Source: Ascidiella aspersa
Lineage: Eukaryota
Reading direction: 5' to 3'
Assembly: GCA_963924565.1 (NCBI GenBank)
Contig: OZ004610.1
Span: 28,458,001-28,522,000 of the forward strand
Length of the DNA: 64,000 nucleotides
This document shows positions 1 through 12,700 of this stretch, in pieces. Position numbers and translations under genes: made by a program. Every line of letters begins with the position of its first letter. Positions within the stretch are counted from its first letter, which is position 1. Under the pieces are notes generated by a model that did no database searches, was not told the DNA's origin, and saw only the letters and a list, made by a program, of their open reading frames with translations.

Positions 1-2014
1 TTATTGTTGTGAATTTTTATAGACGGCTTCTTAAGTCAAGCTCTGGCGTTCAACAGTTTGTTTTATCGTGGTCGGCTGATTGTGTTGATTTCACGTTAAG
101 AACATATATCGGGCTTCGTTACAATCCTAACGGCGTCACTAGATCTCATAAGCAAACAAACACTACCACGTCGTTAAACAGGTCTAAAGCTATAATGGGA
201 GAACATACTGTTTTTTCTTTCAGCACTAAGAGACTGTTGCGTCAATACGAAAACATTAGAAAGGGTTTCATTTCATAATAGAATATTTCCTTGGTATAAT
301 TACGGCGTTACTTTGCAAAATGCAAACACCCGCATAGGCAGGAAACAATTTAGTTTTAGCATGTAAAACGAAGTACCTTAGGGCTGCAGGATTTTACAAG
401 ATAAACTAGTGGTTCCTGTATTTAGCACGTACGTTAGATCCCATTCGAAACTACAACAGGCCAAAATAATAAGTAAGCATCAAAAGTAATTACTGAGAAA
501 ACGCCCGCGGGTTGTCATAGTTCTTTTATGTGTTTTTAAAGGGCGAGGCGACACAATAAAGCAGCTTATCGTTACCACAACGTTCTACCACAAATGTAGA
601 AGACCAAGATGTAACGTAAGCTGTATGTCATGACGAGCCAGAAACTCGTTTCCTCGCTTTAAAACACAGGATAACTGTCGTCACAGCTACTGACCTGATT
701 TGGAACAGCAATATCCCATAGTGGAAACCGATTGGGTAAACAGTTACGTCTAATTTGCAATTACCATACCATCGCCTAGTAATAAGCTATGGCCTAAAAC
801 AAGGAAAAAAATCTCCGTCGAATTTTTTTCTCGGTTAAACCTGAGAGTTTCAACAAAAAACATGACTTGTAGATTTAAATGTTGTTGCACTATTTTACTC
901 CTATACTGTACATAAAAGCTTTTGTGCTTTAAACTGTTTAATGTTTGCCCTACTACACCTCGTTGTTATTTTAAAGAAATTGCAGTTTCCGCTATCAACG
1001 AATCGACTCTTCTGGAACTGTTTAATATAAAAATAAACTTGCAACCTCACTGCCGACAATTGTTAGTCGGAAAGCAACTAACTAGTCTATGATCAGGTCT
1101 AATGTGGATTTTTAAAGCCGTTCTGTTCATGTTACCTCTACGTAGCTTAAGAAGCACGACGTTTCTGTTTCGCTTCAGAAACCGACGCCTGTGTAAATAT
1201 TCGTAACACGGCCTGTACAACTGAAAGTCAAACACACCGTTTACCACTGCTATCGGTAAACTGTATACAGCTTAATCTCCAGCACTTGTCCTTATGCCGG
1301 CGTCTGTTTCAAAACAACAGTGTGTTCTGTTTTTGCAAGGCTTTCAGTAGCTAACTACAACCCGCTACCAGTACGGCCGTATTCGTTGAAGCGAAACGAT
1401 CAGAATATCTGCTGTGTTAAGCGTTAGGTTCGTTTTTCTTTATTCCATTGTTTTCGCTTGTTTTTCGGACAAATGTTCGCCGCCCGCCTTTCACAATGGG
1501 CGCTGGATTTGTTGTATTGTGCGATTTAAAGATGGAGGAAAATTTTCACATTGGCTGGTTACATAAACTTTACATTTTACAACAATGGATGCAAAAACTA
1601 CGGCACAAAATAGGGGTGTTGAACAATCGGACATGCTTTCCACTTACTTTACGTTTGGTTGAGTCCCTGTAAGTTAATTAGCTGCAGAAAACAACCTTCT
1701 CATCTACTTTCGTTTTGTACAATAAAAACTGTTCTCTCTAAGGTAGCCCACGCCTTCTTAAAGTTTTTTTTATTGTCATAATTCAACCTGTTGGAAGATA
1801 AATGCCATTTATGTATTGTTATTGGATTTATAAGAGTTTTATTTCCCTAATGCTATGTGCTCATCTGGATTTTCAACGCCTTTTTCAATATTTGCTTGTA
1901 TTCTTTGTGAAAAACACGGTGTATTGTTGTCCTTGCTAAAGTAAACAGTAGTCATGAAATGACGTATACATCAGGAATGACGTGATGTTGTACATGAAGT
2001 TGGATGTCGCCTAC

Positions 2015-3051
2015 TCAGGTGCGCTCGTCGGCTGTCAAGTCGTTGCCAGGAACTGTATCTGTCACTTGCCGCTGGCGGTTGTCACTGTCACCGTAGTCAC
2101 TGTCATTGTCACCGCCGCAGCAGCTACCACAGCACGGAAATAAGCCGCCACCTGCCAAAATAATGATGAATTTATTTCAAAAGCTGTTTTGAGATTTCGT
2201 TACGATGCGCTGCACGCGTTTGTTCTACGTATCGTTAGTTTGATTTAGTAGAATTTTAAAATAATCTATACTAATTCAAAATTAGAATAGAACAAAACAA
2301 CTCTCGAGTCTCGACCTCTACTCTGTGCCTGTGTATCTCAGTTGGTAGAGCGACGGTCCCGGTATGATTCGAGGTCGTGAGTTCGAACCTCACTGCAGGC
2401 TAGCTATTTTTCTAGCCTGCTCTGCTTGTATCATTGATAGACAGATTCGCTAAGTCTGCGAGGAGTGCGAGGGCCTCCGGTGTAGAACTAAACAGCGCCT
2501 GAGATTTATCAGTGATAGTTGCTTCAATCTTGCACGCTTCGGTTTGCTCTTTTGATTTTATACTAAAACTAACATTAAAAAAGCTTCTTTGTAAAAGGAT
2601 ATACAAATAGAAGCTCTTAACGTACGTTTTACCAAACAATTTGTCTCTGAATTAAAATGGATTAAAACAAATATAGCGTTTCGCACTTACTTCACGCCCG
2701 CAAATATCGATCTCGAAAACAGAAACGTTATTTGGAAACAACAAACTAAAATCAGTTTATCCTAAATTAGTCCCTAAATCATGGCGAAAGGTTCATTTCC
2801 GTATTTTGCGCGCACTGGGTCCCAAAACAAACACTTCCAAATTATTCAGAGAAAACGCACGGCTGTTGATAGATTCCCTTTGTGTACCTTAATAGGCGAA
2901 GTCGCTTATATTTAACCCCGTAGTAAGGAAAATTTTTTTGAGTTCAGAATCAATACATAATATCTTGAAGAATATAATTTTGCTAAAATCTATTAATTTT
3001 TGTTTAAACTTTGTTTAAAAGCTCACCTGTGCTGGAAAAGCAACATCCCAT
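2015..3051 (-). CDS. Predicted 53-aa Cys-rich, dually acylated microprotein; exons 3051-3027 and 2151-2015
   Basis: Minus strand reads ATG GGA TGT TGC TTT TCC AGC ACA G|gtgagc ... ttttggcag|GT GGC GGC TTA. The phase-1 join stays open to TGA at 2017-2015: MGCCFSSTGGGLFPCCGSCCGGDNDSDYGDSDNRQRQVTDTVPGNDLTADERT. Exon 2 is GC-rich in an AT-rich background, and there is a minus-strand AATAAA near 1840. Confidence 0.6.
2327..2510 (+). mobile_element. tRNA-derived SINE
   Basis: tRNA-like head GCCTGTG-TATCTCAGTTGGTAGAGCG (A box) ... GTTCGAACC (B box) ... CACTGCAGGC, followed by a body shared with copies at 17590-17782 (-) and 56280-56570. Confidence 0.8.
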
Positions 3052-4752
3052 AATTGAAACAAATTAGGACAGTCAAGTCGCCTTTACGCTATTATATGAT
3101 AGCATTGCTAGTTAACCTTTACTAATACATGATGGAACATGAAACCAAATAATCAATTTCAATGTTGCTTTTGTCTGCTAAGATTGACAATTAAAACTGT
3201 TTTACGAGCTAAAATCAAGTCCTTTTTGCATAACTCCAGTACATCTATGTACCAGACTAGAGTTTTAAACCTTGTTTATTCTAAAATAACTAACAGTTTA
3301 GAAACATAAATCAACTAACGTCATTTAATTATACGTTGTTTAGTTCTGTTTTCAGTCTTTGTAAGTGCGCGTCCACAACAACAAAAATGCTTTGTCATTG
3401 TCGTCACACGCCTTACAAAAGCTAACTTAAGCACCAGAAGGCATACAGCTTTAAGCCAACCTATCGGTTGTCCTTTCTAATCAAACCAAACGTCAACAAA
3501 TCCTACGCCGATTTTAAAACGTTAGCACGCTGCGCAGCTATGCAGCAATGGCAGGTTTTCTGGCTCTGCGGAAATGGCTAAACAACAAGCCTGAATTCGT
3601 TCAAGCGTAGCTAATGTGATGTCTGTTGGTTGTAAGTTTTCACGGTATTATCTATCTTGTTTTCAGCTATAACTTAGAAAACTGTTGGTCCCATTTCCGA
3701 AGGCACTGAAGGCTGTCGTATTGCAGCTTTAAATATGGGATGCTCAACAGGTGAATTTAAACCAACAAACCACACATTGCTTTATCCAATTTATCCTTGT
3801 TCACAAAACCCAGTAACATCCTTAACTAAATGACTTTTATGGTAAAAGTCCATTCATAGTTCTACAATTTCAGAAATACCTGTACTTTTATAATCCCCAT
3901 ATAACGTAGTTTGTTGGGTTTTCGTCAGTGTGTAGATCGCAAACATAAGATGACCAATACCGTAAAAAATACAATATAAATTCAAAATGATTGGTTTCGG
4001 GAAAGTACCCTGTTTCCGACTGCTGTTATTTTTTTACCAAAATATGAAAAAGCAGCTTATTTAGCGCCAGCGGAAAAGGTTATACCTTTGATTGTTGAAT
4101 ACTTCGAAGTTCTTTCAATAACAAATCAAATACAATCTCTAAAAATGTTTAGGAAGCAATGCAACGCTGGTCAAGAATCGTACCACAACGCACACTATTT
4201 GGGTTGGGGTGGGGGTTTCGGTTTTGGGTGGGTCAAGTATTACTAATTACTATATTTATTATTGAACAATAAACTATCAAAAGTTGATAAACTTAGTAAT
4301 TTCTTAGCAGAAATGTGATCAGAAAAAATCCAAAAGAAAAAAGCAAAGCATGCCTTGAAAATAGTGAAAACTGAAACATAACAAAGTTCAAAAGTACTCA
4401 CATTAGATTGCATAGTGTGGGTTTTTTTTATTCAATATATAAACGTACTGCCATGCTAGTAATAATCCTGCTTATTAAGTATAAGTATGTTAGATGCTTC
4501 TCTATGATATTTTATATCATTAATTTTAACCTTAAAATAGCACAATTATAGATGTAGGCTAAGTAATGAAAACAAAAACTTAATGTGTTTATTAGCCATT
4601 GTTTTATTTGAATTTCTTTAAATAACTTCACTAATACTGGCCAGTTATATCCATGTAAACTTGTTTTATGTTTCAAATGCATACCCTTTTAAGATATTAA
4701 ATGTATATTTATTTATTTGCAAACAGCTTATTTAAATAATTTATTTATTAAT

Positions 4753-6411
4753 ATGTCAACTGAGCAACCAACAAATATGGACTACGATTCATTGTCACTA
4801 AAAGAAAAGAAGATTGAATTTGTCAGCAATCTAAATGGAACAACCATTTTGGAAGTAAATCTCATATCTACAGTGTCAACAACATGCTACGTACTCAGGG
4901 CATTTTTAATTGCTATGTTGCCACGTATTCTAATGCAAAATATCTTTGCCAGATGTTTGCTGGATTTTTCAGTGCTTTTTATTCCCCTGATACTGTCTGT
5001 TACCCTTTGTTCAGAGTATGTCTGGGAACTGTTTTATGTTATTCTTGCACTATGTGTGACCATGTACTTTTGGGTTTGTCATAAAAACACTGAGAAAGAA
5101 ACTGAAGAATCACCATCTGTTGCTAAAACTTTGGTAAAAAACATGGTGTACAAATTTGTGTTTGACGAACTGTCGGAAGAAGATTCTGGCATTCAGGAGG
5201 AAGACAGTTCTTCGTCATTTGAAAAAGACAAATCTCAGCGTGACTTTCTCTTCCTCTTGACTTCCAACCTCCCGTTTGTGACGACCTTTAGATCCTTTGT
5301 CAACATCGCGACTTGCATTTGCATCCTGGCTGTGGATTTCCATGTTTTTCCGAGAAGATTTGCGAAAGTCGAGACGTACGGAGTCAGCGTCATGGACTTG
5401 GGAGTGGGAGGTTTTATCGTGGCCAATGCTCTTGTTTCTCCGGAGGCTAGAAATCGTCAAAGCCGCGACAAAACTTGGTCGCTGCAAAGATCGCTGTCGA
5501 CTGTATTCCTGCAAATTTTATCCACCTGGCCTATTATTGCTTTAGGTGTCGGCCGTTTGATTGTTGTAAGTTCCTCTGTCACCCAGCAGCATGTTTCTGA
5601 GTACGGGGTGCACTGGAATTTCTTCTTCACCCTTGCCGCCGTCAGGGTGTTTTCGTCAATTTTGCTGACAATATTAAACCCAAAATGCTGTGGAATCTTG
5701 GCTTGTATGATAGCTGCCATTTATCAGTTTTACCTCAGCGACATAGAGTCAGGCTGGACTGAGTTTTTATTAAGCGATGAACATGAAGGGAACTTGCTAG
5801 TACAGAACAAGGAGGGCATATCGTCGTCCATCGGGATTCTAGCCCTCTATTTAGCCGGAATTGAACTTGGCTCTTTTCTGTTCAAACCAAGACAAACATA
5901 TGGCGAATGGAAGCGTGCTGCTTATCATATCTTAATTATAAACGGAGCATGCTGGTTTGCGTTGTATGCAAGCATCTCATATATACAACCAGTGTCGAGG
6001 CGGATGGGAAATATCTCCTACCTTCTCTGGCTGCTTTCCTACTCAACACTCATCTTATTCCAATATTTGGTAGTGGATTTATTTCTTGTTGGATTAGTTT
6101 ACTCCGGGACCCTTCCAATTGAATCAATGCCCAATCGTTGGATCACCGTTACAAAACAAAGTGTGAACGAAAACTCTAATGTTGATCATACACCAAACGG
6201 TCCTTCTCTTTGCTTGATCAAGGCCATTAACCGCAACCAGCTGTCTTACTTTTTGCTCTGTAATATCCTTACTGGCCTTGTGAACATGTCTGTTGACACA
6301 ATGTCGGTCAACGATTTGCACGCATTTTTAACACTGTGTGTTTACAGTTTTATTGGAGCCATAGTGGTGTGGTACCTCCACTTTAATAGTATCTCCCTTA
6401 AGTTTTGGTAA
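4753..6411 (+). CDS. PIGW: GPI inositol acyltransferase PIG-W (GWT1 family), single large coding exon, ~552 aa
   Basis: Multi-TM ORF with family motifs KxEFVSNLNGT, AVDFHVFPRRFAKVETYGVSVMDLGVG, HVSEYGVHWNFFFTL, NKEG, SRRMGN and INRNQL.YFLLCN.LTG.VN. First true ATG is at 4753; the ORF-track start at 4717 is a TTG. Confidence 0.95.
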   Translation: MSTEQPTNMDYDSLSLKEKKIEFVSNLNGTTILEVNLISTVSTTCYVLRAFLIAMLPRILMQNIFARCLLDFSVLFIPLILSVTLCSEYVWELFYVILALCVTMYFWVCHKNTEKETEESPSVAKTLVKNMVYKFVFDELSEEDSGIQEEDSSSSFEKDKSQRDFLFLLTSNLPFVTTFRSFVNIATCICILAVDFHVFPRRFAKVETYGVSVMDLGVGGFIVANALVSPEARNRQSRDKTWSLQRSLSTVFLQILSTWPIIALGVGRLIVVSSSVTQQHVSEYGVHWNFFFTLAAVRVFSSILLTILNPKCCGILACMIAAIYQFYLSDIESGWTEFLLSDEHEGNLLVQNKEGISSSIGILALYLAGIELGSFLFKPRQTYGEWKRAAYHILIINGACWFALYASISYIQPVSRRMGNISYLLWLLSYSTLILFQYLVVDLFLVGLVYSGTLPIESMPNRWITVTKQSVNENSNVDHTPNGPSLCLIKAINRNQLSYFLLCNILTGLVNMSVDTMSVNDLHAFLTLCVYSFIGAIVVWYLHFNSISLKFW

Positions 6412-6701
6412 AACGTTGTAGATTTCTTTTGTACACCTACACACATTCCACAATTTGCTTTTGCTGTAGTGCCTTATTGGTAACTTCATGAATATTTTAT
6501 CTCGTTGTTGTTGTTTTATAGAATTTCTTTAAATAATGAATGTAGGTAAAGTCTGTGTCTGCTCTGAAAACATTGCTTTTTTAACAATAATGCCAAAATT
6601 GCACATTAGTTTCTCTGATTTTTGCTGATTTTATGTTTGGCAAAATAAACAATTAGATAAATTGATTTATTTGTTCATAAGTTGTAAATGGCGTACAAAA
6701 C

Positions 6702-9700
6702 ATGAACTCAAAACTAGAAGGTAAGGGTGAAACTTTTTGTATGGAAATATTTAGAAATGATGGTTCTCCTAATAAACGTAAAGTTTATATAATATACGCT
6801 ACAATATAAGTGTGTTTGTTTTAGGTTTGAAGAATGTTAAGTATATCACAGCAGGAAACCCGTTTTATTTTGCAGCAAAGTATCATAAAACATTCACCGG
6901 AAAGCCATTCAGTGAAGTTGATCACATTGTAAATGCCCAAGGATTTTACCTATTTTGCAAGTACTGGAAACCAGAAGGAGACATAAAGTAGGTGTGAAGT
7001 TGTGGGGTTATTTAAGTTTTAATTGCTTATGACAGGTGCAAATTTAATTTGGTCAAAAATAGAGATGTCCGATACTTCACATTTTATGAGATACCAATCC
7101 CCGATGATTTGGACAAGAGGTATCGCCATCTGATCCAATACTATATAACGTCTTTAATGTGCTAAAAAACAAAATAGATGAAATAAATTCTTTTGAAGGT
7201 AATGTTTTTTCTAAAGGTTAATATGTCAAAATTGTTTTATTGTTATTAGGTTGGTTACCTTTAGTTATTAGGTTATTATTTAAAAAAAAAAATTAAAAAA
7301 AAAAAAAAAAAAATTGGATTTTAAGATAAAAATCACTGGTTGAATATAGCAAATCCAGGATGAAAACCCTATGTTAATTTGGTATTGGGTCAGCAGCAAT
7401 ACCACCCTAGTTTCAGACAAGCACTGATACTACAACTTGGCATAGATATTGGCTTCAATCCGATATTATCCGACATCCCTAGTACTCAATTGCAATAGCT
7501 ATATACTTGAAGCACTGGTAAAGGCTAGTTTTAACTTTAAGCAATAGGAAATTCCATTTGTACAGCGATACCTTATTACAGGTTTTTAATTGGCTGCATC
7601 CATGGCTTTGGTGGACACTGCGTAAGGTTTGATGAATTAGCAAGTCGGATTAATTCAATTGGAGGATTTGTGTACTCACATGACCATGGTCAGTAGTGAA
7701 GCATATTGTGTTATTCCAATGCCATTCAGATTATTTAAGTATATACCTGTAGAATCTAGGCCTGCTGTTAAACCTAAACCATTACCCTGTTAGCCCTGTT
7801 ACCTTACCGACTTGGGTTTGCAATTGTTGAAATTTTGCCTATGCTTTCTTATCTTCATATAACTCATTACGCTGGCCTAATTTGTTATATGCAGTAACTT
7901 AATCATTTATACGTAAACCGTGTAGCCATATTGATTGCTTCTTCAAATTTGGTGTATAACAATTACACAGTTTACACAGATGTCATTATGTCATATGATA
8001 ATAAAGAAGATTTTATAGTGTTAATTCCTTAAATGTATTTTTTGTTATTTTACAACGGTATCTTGCTGGCGGGTTAATCAGAAAGCAGGGCTACACGGTT
8101 GGTTAAAACAACAAGTTCAGACAAGAAAATTAAACGTTGTCTACTTGTCTGTTTGTTATGTTCAACTCCATCTTAAATGCGGCTTGGACTCTGTAGCCCT
8201 GCCAGAAAGACATATCATTGATGTTTAATATGCAATTTTTATAAAAATGTGTGCAGCAAATGCTGTAACTCTGCAACACAATGTGATTTGGAAAATGCAC
8301 GAATATAAAGTTGCTGCAGTTATTCATGCAGAAATGGCAATTTGAATTAACAGATGGTTAGATTTTAACAACAAACTGTATTTGCAATTCTCATTCAGTT
8401 GGTAATGGTGAAAGCGAAGGACCCAGGACAATTGTTGACGACTACCACTACATGATTGACGACATTAATCAACATACTGAGAAAATGAAAAAGGAATATC
8501 CCGGACTGCCAGTGTTTCTTTATGGACAGTCGATGGTAGCTATTTATGTTTCATCGGAATTTGTGGCAAGAGTGTTATAAAGCAATACTGATTATTTTGT
8601 CCAACCCATAAAAACTCAATTATTTTTGTGTTTACCTTATTCTACATGGTTTGATTAGTTTCAGGATTATATTACCGGTACACAAGTCCGACATATTTTA
8701 CTTCATTTGATTTATAGTACCGGTACATTGAACTATATATCCAAATTTTTTACCTCAAAGTTGTTTTTAATTTTTTTGCCTAGTAGTTTTGTAACAACAT
8801 GCAGTAAAATTTTCGGCCATTTAAAAACATATCTAAATTTTTTTTAAATTTACCTAAATTCGTTGGGCGTTTTGCTTGGTAAAAGGAAGTGGCCTACCCC
8901 TTTAATATTCGTCAATGGTGAAACTTTTCGTAAGTTATTCTATTTATTTTTTTTTCAGGGAGGAGCATTGGTGACAATTGCTGTCGTAGAGAATCCTCAC
9001 ATTTACAAAGGCTTTGTTTCGCTCGGTGGAATGTTTGTGAAGGAAAGGCAATTACAATATTCCGTCATGGTACAGTGCAAATCACCACTTGTTGTTACAG
9101 CTTTTATATAACATACATAGTTTTTGGTACCTGCGTTAAATCACCGCCTTTATTTTATAATGTTAAGTTCAATGACAAATGCTTTTGGTCAAATTGAAAA
9201 CATGTAGTTGTTTTTATCGCATTTTATAGCTACTAGGAAAGACAACTAATGCTCAGAATTAGTTTTTCAACTATGTCGGCGGGCTTATAGAAATGCAAAA
9301 AAATAATGGCTAATAATTCTTTTTTGGGGCTGTGTTTTCAGGCGCGTAGCGTGACCGTTTCAAAGGGGGGTGTCCCGAATTTTCAACTTTGGGAATTCTC
9401 CTATTTTCCGTCTGACGTTAATGAATAATGACGTCATAAAAACAGTGACGGGTGTGACGTCATAAAATAGTGATTGTAATGACGTCGTAAAACAATCTAA
9501 GCAGAAACAACTAACGTCCAGCATATTCGAACACGTGCGTGGTCGATACTCCTGCCAGGCGAAAAACTAAACCTAGACCGTAAAATACGTGTGATAGTCG
9601 ATTTTTTTTACTTTTAGCAGCGCAGATTCTTAAGTTCCACGTACGGGACTAGCATTAAATTACCAGCACGCTTTTGGCCACCTGCTTTTTGCCAATACTA

Positions 9701-12700
9701 AACGAAGATCGTTTTTCCCTGGTGTTATTATGCGACGATTAGCGCAACATCTGTGCTAGCTGTGTGCCAAGTCACCTAAAATACAAGTTGCGGTTGAGGG
9801 AAAATATGTTGTGTCAGCTGCACACTAAACACGTGGTCTTAGAATATGCTTATAGAGAACAATTTTGCGTTAACTATCTTTACAAAAAAGGACGACTTTA
9901 AAACGCGCACGACAGTCATCATTATACCACCTTTTAAGAATCTGATTCAGTTCAAAAAAATCCGTTGTTAACCAATATCTAATATTAGAGCAGACAGCGA
10001 ACAGCAAGGAGCATTAGCTGCGCCTAACTTCGACCTTTCAGCGTAGAAAAAGAAAGACGGTTTGACTTAGCGAACTGTTAATTGTCCAATTCACACTTAA
10101 TAATTAATCAGCCAATCTCAACAATTATCAAAAGAGATAAAATATATATTGCGTTTACGGTCGACCAAAAAATACAAAAACGGAGTGTTGCGTTAGATTT
10201 TGGTCACAATAGTTTTTTTTAAACCCCAGCCCCCTGGATACGCCACTGTGTCACATGATCAGTAACCCAAACCAACTAGGGGGGCTAGATAGTGTAAACA
10301 AACTCCAGCAAGTACGGGCGAAGCCCGAAAAAATTTACGTTTCGTGTATTCTAGACGCTAAAAACGGCGATTATTAGGAGCTTACGGCTGTTTAAAGTTG
10401 TCTATTTGACGTTAGAATATTGCAACACCTCGTTGACTTATTCACGTCCGATTGTCAAGTGATTTCAATTGCGCGCGAAACTCTATGGAATTGTGGTGTC
10501 AGAACAGCCTCTGTGACGTAACAATCACAAACTGTTGGACTTCGTTGTCAGCAAACTTAACGATGTTTATCAAACAAATTTGGTGATATTTGTATTTTAA
10601 TTTCGCCGATGGTATAAAGCGTGGCTTCAAAATCGCCCTTTTAGAACTCTGTATAATTAGCAAATTATTCAGCTGAAACTGAGCAAGAAAACCACACAAA
10701 CATGGCTTATTACTGACGGTAAGACGGCCATTTATTATCAGTTTAGCGGAAAGCTATAGTTCGCGGACGTTTTAATCTATGCTTCAAAATGCGACGGCCA
10801 AGCGCTCTTTTTCGAGATTGAGGCTAATAAAAAACATTGAATAGAGCGACCTGCGGTGAAGACGTTTGCTGTACCTTACAAGCTTGTTTTCTACGTTGTT
10901 GAAAATGTTTGTCCCAACAATAAAATATATTTTCGTTATTAAGCTTGATTAAGACTAGAGTAGTTGAGTTGTTGACAGACGAAATGCTAAATGAAACAAC
11001 GATAACGAGCGGTGATTAGGCGGCGATAAGCACCGACCTGTTTTCAACGCCAGGTGCAATGTTTGCGATGTAACATTGCAGCAATCACGGTTTTAGTTTT
11101 GTGATAATTGTTTACTGAGATTTCATAGGGGGGTATCAAGACTCCTAGATTTTGTTTTTTATTTATTTTTGGTGAGGCAATTTAATTTGTGATTGAAAAT
11201 TTATTGTATCCAGGTGATTTTCGCAAGTCTTATTACAGCAAACTTCAGTTCCGTTTTATAGTTTAGGTTTTCATATAAGCACACGGGACCCTGTTTGGTG
11301 ACCGAAAATAAGAGCACTTAAACCGTTATAAATAACTGCCCTGTGCTGTCGAATCGGTCCACCGAAAATGCTGATTTAGATAAAATATTCATTGACATGA
11401 GCAATGATAGCTATTTTTTTCGTTACAGCGATTTGCGTTGCAAGTTGTGTCATACGTCGCTCCTAACTTGCAACTGACAAGTTTTACCGAAGACAACACA
11501 ACAAGAGACGAAGAAGAGGTAACTTTACATGGAAAACCATATTGAGTTTATCGTTCTACGGCTATTTTTTTATGTGTTTAAATTGTTCGATATGAAATTT
11601 TGACACTATAGGTCTTTATCTACTTTTAACGTAATCCATTGGACAGCTTTAGAACTCGCATTTTTTTAAATAAACATCAGACATCCTGTAAGCTTAATTA
11701 CTCCGGTACTTTTTTACTATAAAATAGGTAAATCTGTTTTAACGATTTTAATTTTCGCGCTAGAAAACATTCAAATAGACCCGATCGAAAGCCATTAAAG
11801 GTTTTATTATCGGAAGAAACCCGTCTCCATTTAAAAAGGATTTTGTTGTGTTTTGTCGAAAAATAAAAAAAAATTGGCGGATATCAAGATACTTTTCAGA
11901 ATGTATTTCCTTTCTGTATGTCATTTTAGAAGCAATCACAACAAAAACTTATGCAGAGAATATAAATGCTGGGCAATGTACACGAACAAGAACATCTCTG
12001 TCGTATACAAACGCGATATCCGAACTAATTTTTTTGGCCTGATTGTTTATAACTGGGCAATCCGGCCATTTAATGACTCTGATTTTTTTAAATGTTTGAA
12101 TAATTTGCACTAACAAGCTTTCGTGATGATCAACCATTTCAATATTTATAAATCCAATATTGCATAAAAATATTTTAGATACCTCTATGTTTTCACGCGT
12201 TAATTTCAGGTTCTTTAAAACCTGCCATTAAAGGAAAATATATTACATGTTTCAAAAAGGTAGATTACAAAACTAAACGTTCTATAAAAAAATCACAGGT
12301 TTCTAAAAACAACAGGTTACAAAACCTGCCACGTGGTACAAAAATAGCAACTCTAGCAAGTTATAAGAAAATACAGATTACGTTAAAATCGCAGGTTGCA
12401 AACAACAATGATAGGTTACATTACATGTAAGAAAAAAAAACAAAGTTAAGAAAGTCATCACCTACTACAAAAATAATGACATGTTAACCAATCACTGGTG
12501 ACTAAACTGATGGCTAAAAAAAGTAAACTGAGGCTAAAAAAAAAACTAAACTGAGAAAAAAAATAATATTTTTTTTTACGATAATAAGAGTTCAATTTCC
12601 TAGCATCGAAAAGCAGAGAGCGACCCCCTCAGGAGTTGCGTCATCAAAGTCGGGATGGCCTTCCAGCTCATTCGAATCTGCGAACGCCTTGACGAAACAA

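Noticed and set aside
2327-2400. Functional tRNA gene
   Set aside because: A and B boxes are present, but the anticodon arm is irregular and the head continues into a body shared with other dispersed copies, so it is a SINE.
2691-2745. Minus-strand cassette exon of the microprotein gene (strong GTAAGT donor at 2690)
   Set aside because: Its 55-nt length would shift the frame into an early stop, and there is no other support.
3735-6987. PIGW nested in intron 1 of MGLL-a as the main gene model
   Set aside because: MGLL-a has its own 19-nt first coding exon (6702-6720, MNSKLE) equal in size and phase to that of copy b (MDSATE), so nesting is unnecessary.
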